Shown: positions 41,337 through 50,854, numbered from the stretch's first letter. The stretch: DNA of 52,401 bases from an uncultured bacterium (GCA_964549305.1 CAZJVM010000011.1:1-52401), one strand, 5' to 3'. Program-made: numbers and translations. Notes: a model not told the origin generated them from the sequence alone.

Positions 41337-42902
41337 TCAATCACTTTGCGCGGCATTAAAATATACCTTTTTTAAACTATCAAATTCTCCTCTGGGATAC
41401 AATAAAAACCCTTTGATATTCTTTGTTATTACAGCGTTGTTAACTCCGTGCCACAAGCTGATGTAAGGCAAATCATCGGCAACTATTTTTTGAATTCTGC
41501 CGTATATCTCTTTTCGCTTTCCAATGTCAAATATCCTTCTGCCTCGCTCTGTAAGCTCATCAATTTCCGAATTCCTGTAAAAACCGCGATTCTTCCCTAC
41601 GGGAGGAATTCTCGAGGAGTTGAAGATTTCATAATAGTGATCGGGATCCGTAACACCTACCCATTTCAGCCTGAAAAGCTGAAAGTTTCCGTCCTTGATA
41701 TCGCTGTAGAATGTTGCCCATTCATACATTTTTATTTCTATGCCAATACCGATTTTTCTCATCTGCTCCTGAAAAATCTCCGCGAACTTCCTGCTCCTCT
41801 CCTCAAAAGTGGTCTTGTAGATAATGTTGAAACGCGTCTTCGGTCCGTCGCCATCTGGGTCCCTGTAACCCGCTTTATCTAATATCTCTTTCGCCTTTTC
41901 GGGATTGTAATCGTAATAAGACACATCACCGTTATACGCCCAATGTCCTTCGGGTAGGAGACCGCGCGCGATTACCGCGTTATCCTTCTCGAAATTCCTG
42001 ATAATGGAGTCGCGGTCTATTCCGTAAGCGATCGCTTTCCTTACACGGATATCTCCGAGCAGAGTGTCCTTCATATTTATGCCGATGTAATAATAATCAG
42101 TGCCTTTGTCGCGAACAACGGAAAGATTGTCATTTTTCGAGAATCTATCCAATGTGTCGGGAGAAAAAGCGTTTTCACAGAAATTGATATCGCCGTTTTC
42201 CATCTGAAGCGCTCTTACGGATTCATCTCTTACGATTTTGAAGACTATGCCGTTTATCTTCGGAAGTCCTTTTTTAAAATAATCTTTGTTCGCCTTAAGC
42301 CGAATTTCCCTCTCGCGCAACATTGAATCGAATCTGAACGCGCCCGTACCTGAAGGATTATCGGAAAATTTTTCTCCTGTTTTCCCTGCATAGTCTTCAG
42401 GCACTATTCCCATTGTCATCGACGAAAGAAAAGGAGCATACTCATAGGCAAGGGTAAAATCCACCGTATAGTCATCGACTGCGCGCACATCCCGCAGAAA
42501 ATCGTAGGCACCCTTCAGAGGAGACTTGAATTCATCGGACAAAAGCGATTTAAAGGTATAGACAACATCCCTTGCCGTCAGAGTCTCACCGGTATGAAAT
42601 TTCACTCCCTTTTTCAGATAAAACCTGAATTTATCCCTATCCACCATCTCCCACCTATCGCAGAGGTCGGGAACTATTTCAAGATTTCTGTCAAACTTCA
42701 CCAATCCGTTAAAAATAAGTTCTGTGAGTCTCGAGGACTGCACATCAGTTGCGAAACGGGGGTCCATAGTAATCGGCGCGCTTTCAAAGGCGACGACAAG
42801 AGTATCCTTTTCCCTGTTATCTTTTCCGGAGCATGATAAAATCAAAGAAATCATAAAAAAACATATTATAAATGCCGAAAAATTGATTTTAACTCTATAC
42901 AA
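41337..42902 (-). CDS. Peptide/nickel ABC transporter substrate-binding lipoprotein (SBP family 5)
   Basis: Lipobox ILSC; GVKFHTG..LTARDV, PSGTGAF, VRKAIAYGIDR. Confidence 0.92.
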   Translation of the reverse strand: MYRVKINFSAFIICFFMISLILSCSGKDNREKDTLVVAFESAPITMDPRFATDVQSSRLTELIFNGLVKFDRNLEIVPDLCDRWEMVDRDKFRFYLKKGVKFHTGETLTARDVVYTFKSLLSDEFKSPLKGAYDFLRDVRAVDDYTVDFTLAYEYAPFLSSMTMGIVPEDYAGKTGEKFSDNPSGTGAFRFDSMLREREIRLKANKDYFKKGLPKINGIVFKIVRDESVRALQMENGDINFCENAFSPDTLDRFSKNDNLSVVRDKGTDYYYIGINMKDTLLGDIRVRKAIAYGIDRDSIIRNFEKDNAVIARGLLPEGHWAYNGDVSYYDYNPEKAKEILDKAGYRDPDGDGPKTRFNIIYKTTFEERSRKFAEIFQEQMRKIGIGIEIKMYEWATFYSDIKDGNFQLFRLKWVGVTDPDHYYEIFNSSRIPPVGKNRGFYRNSEIDELTERGRRIFDIGKRKEIYGRIQKIVADDLPYISLWHGVNNAVITKNIKGFLLYPRGEFDSLKKVYFNAAQSD

Positions 42903-43020
42903 GGCAATGCTCCGAAATGAGTTATATTGTTGAAATAAAAGTAAAAAACAAGTGTGGTTTTATATTGGAAAAAACTCCTTTAGTCAACCAAATGGAGAAA
43001 CACCGCGACTTTCCCAAGTC

Positions 43021-43049
43021 TTGACAAAAATATCTTTTCAGATTAGTTT
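43021..43049 (+). promoter_or_regulatory. Putative sigma-70 promoter of hrcA
   Basis: TTGACA-N17-TAGTTT. Confidence 0.55.
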
Positions 43050-43070
43050 CTGAATAAGTGAGGAACAGAT

Positions 43071-44117
43071 ATGAGTAATTTGACTGCAAGAGAAGAAAAG
43101 ATACTTTTTTCCGTAATTCAAAGCTATGTAAAGACACCCGACCCCGTAGGGTCAAGGTCTTTGGCAAAAAATTACAGGTTTAACATATCTCCTGCCACAA
43201 TCAGAAATGTAATGGCTGATTTGGAAGACAAAGGATATCTGAGTCACCCGCATACATCCGCGGGCAGAGTTCCCACGGACAAAGCTTATCGTCTCTATGT
43301 GAACAAAATACTCAAAAGCTCTTTCAACATAAACAACGGCTCGGTTTCCAATGACCTCAAGCGAATATGGTCGGGACCCGATGCCTCCCGGCTTGGCATA
43401 AACGACATACTTAAATTCACTTCGAGATACCTCTCGAATAAATCAAACAATATCGGAGTTGTAATGCTCCCTATAATCGGCCAGGGCACATTAAAGCAGA
43501 TTGAGTTTATAAAAATAGACAGAAAAAAAATTCTCGCCGTTATCGTCGATGAATCCGGTTTTGTGGAAAACAGAGTTATAAATTCCGACGTAAACTATAC
43601 GCCGACTGAACTTGAACATATCAGAAATTTTCTAAACCGGTCATTTCGCGGATACAGTCTCGTTGAAATAAAACACCTTCTCGAAGAACGGATGCTCGAG
43701 GAAAAAAAGCGCTTTGATAAGATAGTGGACAAGGCAATGAAGATGTGGAAACTGGCATTTGAACCCGGTTCCGGAAGCGACATCTATTACCACGGTACAT
43801 CCAATATTCTCGAAGAACCGGAATTCTCACACGTTGAAGAACTCAAAATTCTACTCAAGGCATTTGAGGAAAAAAGCTCGATTCTCAAACTTCTCAACAA
43901 GTGCCTTGACGAAAAGGGAGTTGCGATTTACATCGGTTCGGAATCAACTATCGCGGAAATGGATGATATGAGCATAATCGCATCTTCATATTTCACAGGT
44001 GAAAAAACAATGGGCACCCTTGGAATAGTGGGCCCGAAAAGAATGAATTATTTCGAACTGATTCCTCTCGTTGACCTCACAGCAAAAATAATTACGGGAC
44101 ACTTCAAGAGTGCTTAA
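43071..44117 (+). CDS. hrcA: Heat-inducible transcription repressor HrcA
   Basis: [32 protein letters not shown]. Confidence 0.97.
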   Translation: MSNLTAREEKILFSVIQSYVKTPDPVGSRSLAKNYRFNISPATIRNVMADLEDKGYLSHPHTSAGRVPTDKAYRLYVNKILKSSFNINNGSVSNDLKRIWSGPDASRLGINDILKFTSRYLSNKSNNIGVVMLPIIGQGTLKQIEFIKIDRKKILAVIVDESGFVENRVINSDVNYTPTELEHIRNFLNRSFRGYSLVEIKHLLEERMLEEKKRFDKIVDKAMKMWKLAFEPGSGSDIYYHGTSNILEEPEFSHVEELKILLKAFEEKSSILKLLNKCLDEKGVAIYIGSESTIAEMDDMSIIASSYFTGEKTMGTLGIVGPKRMNYFELIPLVDLTAKIITGHFKSA

Positions 44118-45178
44118 TGGTACAAAGAAATTTCTATACAATCCTCGGCATTGACCACGATGCCAGCGAAAGTGAAATCAAAAAAGCATACCGCAGGCTT
44201 GCCGTAAAATTTCACCCCGATAAAAATCCCGGCGATAAAGAGAGTGAAAGCAGGTTTCTTGAAGTTTCAGCCGCCTATGAAGTGTTGAGCGACGAGAAAA
44301 AAAGAAAACACTACAATAATTCACTTTATACTTCTCAAAGCGGTATCGCGTGGAATATTTTCGACATATACAATAAAAGTTTCGACGGTTTCAAAAACCT
44401 TTTTACTGATGTTTATAATGATTTTCTGGGCTCCTATAACAAATCCGAAATAAACAAAAAACGGACCGGCTCAAACATCAAACTTAAAACGAATATCACA
44501 ATTCGGCAAGCGGCTTTCGGTACGAAAAAAACCATTGAATATGATTCACTTGAAAAATGCAGAAACTGCAGAGGCACCGGCGCGAAACATGAAAAAGATA
44601 TAGTCTTATGCCCTTCCTGCAGAGGCGCGGGGATTATCGATTATGAGCACGGGTTTTTCAGAGTGAAGCGAATCTGCAGGGAATGCGAGGGCGACGGCAC
44701 TGTAATTACAGAGGTCTGCGCGGATTGCAAAGGAAACGGACGCGTGAGAAAAACAATCAGGAAGTCTTTTAAAATTCCTCCTTCTGTGGAAAACGAAAGC
44801 TGGCTTGTCTTTCCTAAAAAAGGCAATATGGGCGTGCGTGGCGCGAAACGGGGCAATGTGCACCTTTATGTAAATATCGAAGAAGACCCCTTTTTCAAGC
44901 GCGACGGCAATGACATCAGGTGCGAAGTCCCGATTTCATTTACTCAGGCGGCATTGGGCGATGAAATTCCCGTGCAAACACTCGACGGAGAAAAAAATAT
45001 CAGAATTCCCTCGGGCACTCAAAGCGGCGAAAAAATAGAAATCAGGGGGGAGGGTCTCATCGGGAAAAACAACAGGCGCGGAAGCCAGTTTGTAAAATTT
45101 ATAGTAGTAACTCCAAAAAAGCTTTCCAAAAAAGAAAAAGCTCTCCTTCTCGAGCTTCAAAGCTCGGGAAAGGAATAA
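44117..45178 (+). CDS. dnaJ: Chaperone DnaJ (class A, zinc-finger)
   Basis: HPD J-domain; four CxxCxGxG repeats; DnaJ C-terminal domain. Confidence 0.92.
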   Translation: MVQRNFYTILGIDHDASESEIKKAYRRLAVKFHPDKNPGDKESESRFLEVSAAYEVLSDEKKRKHYNNSLYTSQSGIAWNIFDIYNKSFDGFKNLFTDVYNDFLGSYNKSEINKKRTGSNIKLKTNITIRQAAFGTKKTIEYDSLEKCRNCRGTGAKHEKDIVLCPSCRGAGIIDYEHGFFRVKRICRECEGDGTVITEVCADCKGNGRVRKTIRKSFKIPPSVENESWLVFPKKGNMGVRGAKRGNVHLYVNIEEDPFFKRDGNDIRCEVPISFTQAALGDEIPVQTLDGEKNIRIPSGTQSGEKIEIRGEGLIGKNNRRGSQFVKFIVVTPKKLSKKEKALLLELQSSGKE

Positions 45179-45187
45179 AACCGTCCA

Positions 45188-46072
45188 ATGTGGTGGGAAG
45201 CATCCATATCATTTCCGATTCAATTAAAAGATATCATTCTTGGCATTATCTATGATGAAGATACAAAAGGAATCGTCGAACCGGTGTCGGACGAAGGAGA
45301 AATTTCTCTTTTAAAGGCATACTTTGAATCCGACAATTTCGAACCTGTCGGTAAACGCCTAAGGGAAAGTATTGATAAAAAAGCCATTTCCCCGGAGCAC
45401 AGAAAACAGATAACCGTTTCAGGCAGTAAAATCGAAGATAAAAACTGGGGATGTTCGTGGGCAGAGCATTTCAGACCCGTCAATGTGGGGAAAAAACTTG
45501 TAATCTCGCCTCCGTGGATTGAATATACGGGAAGCGATAAACGAAAGAATATTGCCATATATCCCGGAATGGCATTCGGAACGGGGACGCACGAATCAAC
45601 GCGACTTTGTCTGAATATGATTGAATTTGCCGTTTCCGAATATGTCAAAAAGACGGCTGACTCCCTTCTCGACATAGGCACGGGTTCGGGAATCCTTTCT
45701 ATTTCAGCGTTCAAGCTCGGTTTTAAAAGATGCCGCGGCATAGACATTGACGATGAAGCAATACGAAACGCCCGGCATAATCTCCGCATAAACGGAATAG
45801 GCAGGGGTGTGAATTTTACAAAGGGGACTCCCGAATCAATAAGATTGATTAAATATTCATTCGTCGCGGCAAATATGGTTTTAAACGAGCACAAGGGAGT
45901 TTCGCCATACTATGAAAAATTGACAAGAAAAGGCGGATATCTGGCGATTTCAGGAATTTTGAAAAATCAGAGAAGAGATTTTATGAAGTTGAACGGTATA
46001 GGGGATTTTTTTAAAAATGAAAGAGCATTTCGCGAAGGAGAATGGTGCGGACTGCTTTTAAGAAGGAAATAA
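45188..46072 (+). CDS. prmA: Ribosomal protein L11 methyltransferase
   Basis: PGMAFGTGTHESTRLC, LDIGTGSGIL. Confidence 0.94.
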   Translation: MWWEASISFPIQLKDIILGIIYDEDTKGIVEPVSDEGEISLLKAYFESDNFEPVGKRLRESIDKKAISPEHRKQITVSGSKIEDKNWGCSWAEHFRPVNVGKKLVISPPWIEYTGSDKRKNIAIYPGMAFGTGTHESTRLCLNMIEFAVSEYVKKTADSLLDIGTGSGILSISAFKLGFKRCRGIDIDDEAIRNARHNLRINGIGRGVNFTKGTPESIRLIKYSFVAANMVLNEHKGVSPYYEKLTRKGGYLAISGILKNQRRDFMKLNGIGDFFKNERAFREGEWCGLLLRRK

Positions 46073-46075
46073 ATT

Positions 46076-46828
46076 ATGACAGTTCCACGAATTTTTATAA
46101 AAAAAGAAAATATCAGCGAAGATACGGTAACCGCAACCGGTGATGCCTGCCACAAGATAAGCCACGTTTTAAGATCACGAAAAGGCGACAGGATAATATT
46201 CTTTGACGGTAATGGAATCGAATACGAAACAGTTGCAGAGTCATTTTCAAAGGACAAATGTTTCTGCAGGGTCATAAAGGAAATCTCCCATTCGGAGAAA
46301 GAAAAAACAGGAATAACACTTCTTCTTGGCATATTGAAAAAGGAAAATATGGAATCGGCAATAGATAAAGCATCTCAGCTCGGAGTGTCCGTAATCGTGC
46401 CGCTTAAATGCGAACGCTCGCAGGTCAGGATAAATGATTCAAAACAAAAAGATAAACAGTCAAGGTGGAAAAAAATCGCAATCGAGTCCTGCGCGCTTTC
46501 AAGACGCCTGTTTATTCCCGAAATCACGATGCCTGCAACCGTCAACAATGCCCTGAAATGTTCAAATGAAGCGGATTTAAAAATCATTTTGTGTGAAAAC
46601 GAAAAGTCGCATATCAAATATTTTTTCGAGAAAAACAAAAAAGGCGTAAAAGGCAAATCAATTGCAGTTGCAATAGGACCCGAAGGCGGTTTTACCGAAG
46701 GCGAAATTAAAGAATTTCAATCCGCTGAATTTGAAAGCGTATCGCTTGGCGATCACATCCTGAGCGCGGACACTGCCGTTGCCACCGCGCTGAGCATCAT
46801 TGGATACGAAACCGACGGTTTCAGATAA
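46076..46828 (+). CDS. rsmE: 16S rRNA (U1498-N3) methyltransferase
   Basis: HVLR, LGV..I.P..CERS, IGPEGGF, SLG..IL.ADTA. Confidence 0.93.
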   Translation: MTVPRIFIKKENISEDTVTATGDACHKISHVLRSRKGDRIIFFDGNGIEYETVAESFSKDKCFCRVIKEISHSEKEKTGITLLLGILKKENMESAIDKASQLGVSVIVPLKCERSQVRINDSKQKDKQSRWKKIAIESCALSRRLFIPEITMPATVNNALKCSNEADLKIILCENEKSHIKYFFEKNKKGVKGKSIAVAIGPEGGFTEGEIKEFQSAEFESVSLGDHILSADTAVATALSIIGYETDGFR

Positions 46829-46854
46829 ACTGCAACTATCCGTCGTCCTTGTCT

Positions 46855-46970
46855 GTCATTATCCGCCTGCTGTCATTGTCCGGCATCGACCGGACAATCC
46901 AGTCATTCCGCAGAAATAGTTTTATATGTCCCACGACCATCAATAATTAAGTAAGGAGTCCCGGAAATTA
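46855..46970 (+). repeat. GTCAT REP-like ~100-bp element, copy A
   Basis: GTCATTGTCCGG-CATCGA-CCGGACAATCC hairpin; 46871-46960 aligns without gaps to 49644-49733 (70/90 identical by hand count). Confidence 0.75.
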
Positions 46971-47756
46971 TCAGTACGAGACGCCCTTGAGGAGTTTAAG
47001 GTAGAATCCTACAATCCCGTCTCCCGCAAGAATATACAAAATAGCGCCCATTGAAAGGAATATTCCGAAGGGAATCGGATATCTTCTGCCCTTGCCGGAA
47101 AGCAAAATCGCCAAGGCGCCGAAGACACTTCCCAATACCGAACCTGCAAGCAATGTTACGACAACACCCTTTACGCCCGTAAAAGCGCCTATCATTGCGA
47201 GAAGTTTCACATCCCCTCCTCCCATTCCTTCTACTCCTGTAATCTTCTCGTACGACCACCCTATAGCAAAAAGCACTCCTCCGCCAAGGAATATGCCTGC
47301 AAGGGAATCCCAAAAACCGGTTTTCGTAAAAAAAGATAAAATCACGCCCACAGGAATGAAGTAGAGTGAAATTTCATCGGGGATTATTCTTTCCCTGATA
47401 TCCGTTCCGCATACTACCAAAAGCCCCGAGGCAAGAAAAAGCGATACCGCCAATTCCAATGACAAGCCCTTGAAATAGTAAAACAGAATGAATAGCGCTC
47501 CGGCAAGGAGTTCAACCAGGGGATACTGAAAGGATATCCTCTCTCCGCAGGACCTGCATCTGCCTTTGAGAAATAGGAAACTTAACAGCGGAATGTTGTC
47601 ATAGAATTTTATTTCGCTTCCGCAGGAAGTGCAGTGGGAAGCCGGAAATACAATTGATTCTCCCGAAGGCAGACGGCATATGCACACATTGACAAAACTG
47701 CCTACGCACAACCCAAACAGAAAAAGGTAAATAGCTGTAAAGATGGAAGGTATCAT
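46971..47756 (-). CDS. pilD: Prepilin peptidase/N-methyltransferase (A24)
   Basis: GSFVNVCI.RLP, SHCTSC, GRCRSC, GMGGGDVKL, IPFG.FL. Confidence 0.95.
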   Translation of the reverse strand: MIPSIFTAIYLFLFGLCVGSFVNVCICRLPSGESIVFPASHCTSCGSEIKFYDNIPLLSFLFLKGRCRSCGERISFQYPLVELLAGALFILFYYFKGLSLELAVSLFLASGLLVVCGTDIRERIIPDEISLYFIPVGVILSFFTKTGFWDSLAGIFLGGGVLFAIGWSYEKITGVEGMGGGDVKLLAMIGAFTGVKGVVVTLLAGSVLGSVFGALAILLSGKGRRYPIPFGIFLSMGAILYILAGDGIVGFYLKLLKGVSY

Positions 47757-48625
47757 TCCTTCGGTTTTTTAGCGGATTTTACAGGTGGATTGCAAAGTTT
47801 CACATCTTCCGCGTCGGTTGTAATGTATGAGTTGTCCTCGAGCTCAAGAAGAAGTTTCTTCGCAAGCGTGTTTATCTTTCTCACAATTCCGATTTTACCG
47901 TCGGGCAACTCTACCTTTTTCCCGTATTTGGGAAGATTTCTGTTCACTTCCCTGTAGGAGGAATACTCGTAAATAAGACAGCACATCAGTCTTCCGCACA
48001 CTCCGGAAAGCTTATTGGGGTTTAACGTGAGATTTTGCGCTTTTGCCATCTTTATGGTTACGGGCTCGAATTCCTCGAGAAAGGAAGTACAGCAGAGTTG
48101 TCTTCCGCAATGACCGAAACCGTTGCACATTCTCGCCTGGTCACGCACTCCTATTTGTCTCATCTCGATTCTAGTTCGAAACTCATAGGCAAGGTCTTTT
48201 ACAAGTTCGCGGAAATCGATTCTTCCGTCAGCGGTAAAATAGAAGACTATCTTAGAGTTATCGAAGGAGCATTCTATATTGACTATCTTCATTGCAAGCT
48301 TCTTGTCATTAACTTTCTTGAGCGCTTTTTCCATCACTTCCTTTTCGCGACGACGGCAATCTCCAAGTTTTTTCATATCCTCGTCAGTCGCCTTGCGCAG
48401 AACCTTTTTCAAGGACTTGATATCCTTCTTCTCATCTGCCACAAATACTTTCGAGCTTACGATTGCCGCTTCAAGTCCCTTATCACTGTCAACAATACAG
48501 AAATCGTCTCTTTGAATTTGTACGCCGTTAAGAAGATATTCATTACTCTTGCAACTTCCCACAAGGCGGCAACAGATGATTTCCCTTCCCTCTTCCTGCT
48601 GTTTTTCTTCTGCTTCCATATTCAT
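47753..48625 (-). CDS. ricT: PSP1 domain protein RicT/YaaT
   Basis: FTADGRIDFRELVKDLA, RIEMRQIGVRD, CGRQLCC, SGVCGRLMCCL. Confidence 0.92.
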   Translation of the reverse strand: MNMEAEEKQQEEGREIICCRLVGSCKSNEYLLNGVQIQRDDFCIVDSDKGLEAAIVSSKVFVADEKKDIKSLKKVLRKATDEDMKKLGDCRRREKEVMEKALKKVNDKKLAMKIVNIECSFDNSKIVFYFTADGRIDFRELVKDLAYEFRTRIEMRQIGVRDQARMCNGFGHCGRQLCCTSFLEEFEPVTIKMAKAQNLTLNPNKLSGVCGRLMCCLIYEYSSYREVNRNLPKYGKKVELPDGKIGIVRKINTLAKKLLLELEDNSYITTDAEDVKLCNPPVKSAKKPKE

Positions 48626-48749
48626 TCTGCGTTTATAACTTTCCCCGCGTTACGGTTTTCATACCCTTTAAAATTAAAGTTTTACCATACTATCCGCATT
48701 TTAACAAAAAAATCTTAATCTTTGAAATGTAAACAAATGTATAACAAGG

Positions 48750-49421
48750 TCAGGCAAAAGGCAAAAGCAAACCGCTTTTGTCGAGAAATAGGGTTATCTC
48801 CTTTTCTACGGCAGATAACATTTCGGGAAGTTTTAAAGAGGCATCGATTACTTTAATTCGTCTTTTTTCCTTTTGGGCGATTTTTAAATATCCTTTTCGC
48901 ACTTTTTCGTGAAACTGTTTTTTCTCCTTTTCAAATCTGCCTTCATCCCATTTGTCATCCCTGTCATTTCTCTCGGTTGCTCTCTTCAATCCTTTTTCAG
49001 GGCTTATATCAAGAAGAATCGTCAAATCCGGCTTTAAACTATCGCAGGCAAACGCGTTGATTTTTTTAACTTCATCGAGTTTCAACCCCCTTGCATATCC
49101 CTGATAGGCAATTGTGGCATCATCATACCTGTCGCATAGCACTATCTTCCCCGAATCCAATGCAGGGCGAATTAACCGGTTTACGTGCTCGCTTCTGCTC
49201 GCGCAATAAAGCATTAATTCCGTCTTGGGCGACATCCCTTTGCTTTCAGGGGAAAGTAGAATTCTTCTTATCTTATTTCCCGCTTTCGTGCCACCCGGTT
49301 CAGCAGTTATAATGAAATCAGCGCCGTTTTTTTTTAGCCATCGGGCTATATGCTCTATTGCAGTGGATTTACCGCACCCTTCTCCGCCTTCAAATGTGAT
49401 GAATATGCCTTTTTTCTTCAT
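48750..49421 (-). CDS. tmk: Thymidylate kinase
   Basis: FITFEGGEGCGKST, LCDRY, AYQG, PDLT. Confidence 0.97.
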   Translation of the reverse strand: MKKKGIFITFEGGEGCGKSTAIEHIARWLKKNGADFIITAEPGGTKAGNKIRRILLSPESKGMSPKTELMLYCASRSEHVNRLIRPALDSGKIVLCDRYDDATIAYQGYARGLKLDEVKKINAFACDSLKPDLTILLDISPEKGLKRATERNDRDDKWDEGRFEKEKKQFHEKVRKGYLKIAQKEKRRIKVIDASLKLPEMLSAVEKEITLFLDKSGLLLPFA

Positions 49422-49540
49422 TTTCTTTCCGTAATTTAAGAATGATGAAATATCATTTTATAAGAATAAAGCAAGAATGAAATGGGCATTTCAGTGCAGG
49501 CAAGAAAAACCACTATGTTTGAAAGGGATGATTCGGATAA

Positions 49541-49572
49541 TGTGGGGTGCAGACTAGCGTACCTGCCCCACA
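49541..49572. repeat. GC-rich imperfect palindrome (REP-like)
   Basis: TGTGGGG(T)GCAG-actagcgtac-CTGCCCCACA. Confidence 0.5.
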
Positions 49573-49643
49573 GTCATTCCACGAGAAAAAGTATTATGTC
49601 ATTCCACGACACCCTTTATTTGTCATTATCCATAGTTTTTCTT

Positions 49644-49743
49644 TGTCATTATCCGGCACCGACCGGATAATCCGGTCTTTGCACAGCTATAGGTTTGTAT
49701 GTCTTGCGGCAATAATTAATTAAGCAAGGTGTCTCCGGATTAT
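49644..49743 (+). repeat. GTCAT REP-like ~100-bp element, copy B
   Basis: GTCATTATCCGG-CACCGA-CCGGATAATCCGG ... CCGGATTAT. Confidence 0.75.
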
Positions 49744-49800
49744 AAACTTTGAGTGAGGAGGAAACTGGATATAATACAATATTTACAATTCTCAATTCCT

Positions 49801-50241
49801 TTACTTCAAATTATCTATCCAATTATAAATTGAAAAAGAGATATTCTTATTAGTTTCTTTAACTGTATTAACAAGCGGCTTCAGTTCTTCCCAGCGCAAA
49901 TTAAAACTGTATGAGTGAACAAAATAATGCCTGAAAGACAAGAATGATAAAAGAGAATGGAATAACTCCTCAGCAATAATTCCCTTTTCAAAACAAATCT
50001 TAAGCAAATCTTTATGCCATGTTGCTGAATTTTTTATTTTACAATTCTCAAATTGCAAAACTCTTTTAATAATATTTTCAGTACCACTGTAATAATTGTG
50101 AAGAAATGTAGCAATCGCAGCTAATTCTGCTTTTGAATACTCTGATTTATTTTCATCCAAAACAGAAAAAAGTTCATTAAGTACCATACTGATGTTTTCA
50201 AATTCAACATCACAGTATTCTTTAAGCCGCTTTTTGTTCAT
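49801..50241 (-). CDS. HEPN-domain RNase toxin (HepT-like), copy 1
   Basis: RHYFVHSY = RX4HXY motif; overlaps upstream MNT gene. Confidence 0.88.
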   Translation of the reverse strand: MNKKRLKEYCDVEFENISMVLNELFSVLDENKSEYSKAELAAIATFLHNYYSGTENIIKRVLQFENCKIKNSATWHKDLLKICFEKGIIAEELFHSLLSFLSFRHYFVHSYSFNLRWEELKPLVNTVKETNKNISFSIYNWIDNLK

Positions 50242-50509
50242 ACACCAATTTGCCTTCTTGAAAAATAATATTTTTTAGTTTTACTGATGCTTCTGACAAA
50301 TCAATAACATCAACCGTTTTTGACATCTTATAAAAAAGCTCTCCATAGAATTTAAAAAAAACGCCCTCCGGTATTTCATTTACAGCAAAATCATAATCAT
50401 TTATATCTTCATCATCTTCATATAGAGAAGACCCAATCAAATACAACTTTCCTATTTTATATTTTTTTGCTATCTCTATTGCCAAATCCAATTCATGTTT
50501 TGGTATCAT
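50222..50509 (-). CDS. Minimal nucleotidyltransferase antitoxin (MntA-like), copy 1
   Basis: GSSLYEDDEDINDYD = GSX10DXD; VDVIDL; 95 aa. Confidence 0.9.
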   Translation of the reverse strand: MIPKHELDLAIEIAKKYKIGKLYLIGSSLYEDDEDINDYDFAVNEIPEGVFFKFYGELFYKMSKTVDVIDLSEASVKLKNIIFQEGKLVYEQKAA

Positions 50510-50575
50510 ATTTACCCTTTCAGAAAATCAGAAAGTATTTTATCCATTTAACAAATTATTTACCTTATGTTTTTT

Positions 50576-50612
50576 TATAGTAAGTGTACTATATTTTATC
50601 ACACTTCTTCAA
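50576..50612 (-). promoter_or_regulatory. Putative MNT-HEPN promoter with palindromic operator (repeated at 51687-51723)
   Basis: Minus strand TTGAAG-N18-TACACT; perfect inverted repeat TATAGTA-AGTG-TACTATA over the -10. Confidence 0.45.
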
Positions 50613-50754
50613 AAAATATTCTAACGTAAATGACATAACACATTGTTTTTGCCAGATTTTCTGTTCCAAATCCACACTGTATGTAACTGAGCTATCTTTC
50701 TTTACCGTGTAATTTACCGACACCCTTTATTTGTCATTATCCATAGTTTTTCTT

Positions 50755-50854
50755 TGTCATTATCCGGCACCGACCGGATAATCCGGTCTTTGCACAGCTA
50801 TAGGTTTGTATGTCTTGCGGCAATAATTAATTAAGCAAGGTGTCTCCGGATTAT
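50755..50854 (+). repeat. GTCAT REP-like ~100-bp element, copy C (duplicate of B)
   Basis: Identical to 49644-49743 at +1111. Confidence 0.75.

Noticed and set aside
44090-44117. CIRCE-like half site GAGTGCTTAA at the end of hrcA
   Set aside because: No matching TTAGCACTC left arm, and it lies within coding sequence.
47014-47028. ATCCCGTCTCCCGCA resembling the tRNA-Phe 3' end (possible attR)
   Set aside because: Imperfect, inside the pilD coding region, no integrase, and the intervening genes are core housekeeping.
49573-49675. Possible CRISPR mini-array
   Set aside because: The shared repeat is only 6-13 nt, the unit period of 23-25 nt is far too short, and there are no cas genes; kept only as a GTCAT stub ladder.
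50546-50575. dif/pdif-like site ATTTAACAAAT-N8-TTATGTTTTTT upstream of MNT
   Set aside because: The XerD arm is only 9/11, the XerC arm is poor, the spacer is 8 bp, the context is very AT-rich, and it is not at the duplication junction.
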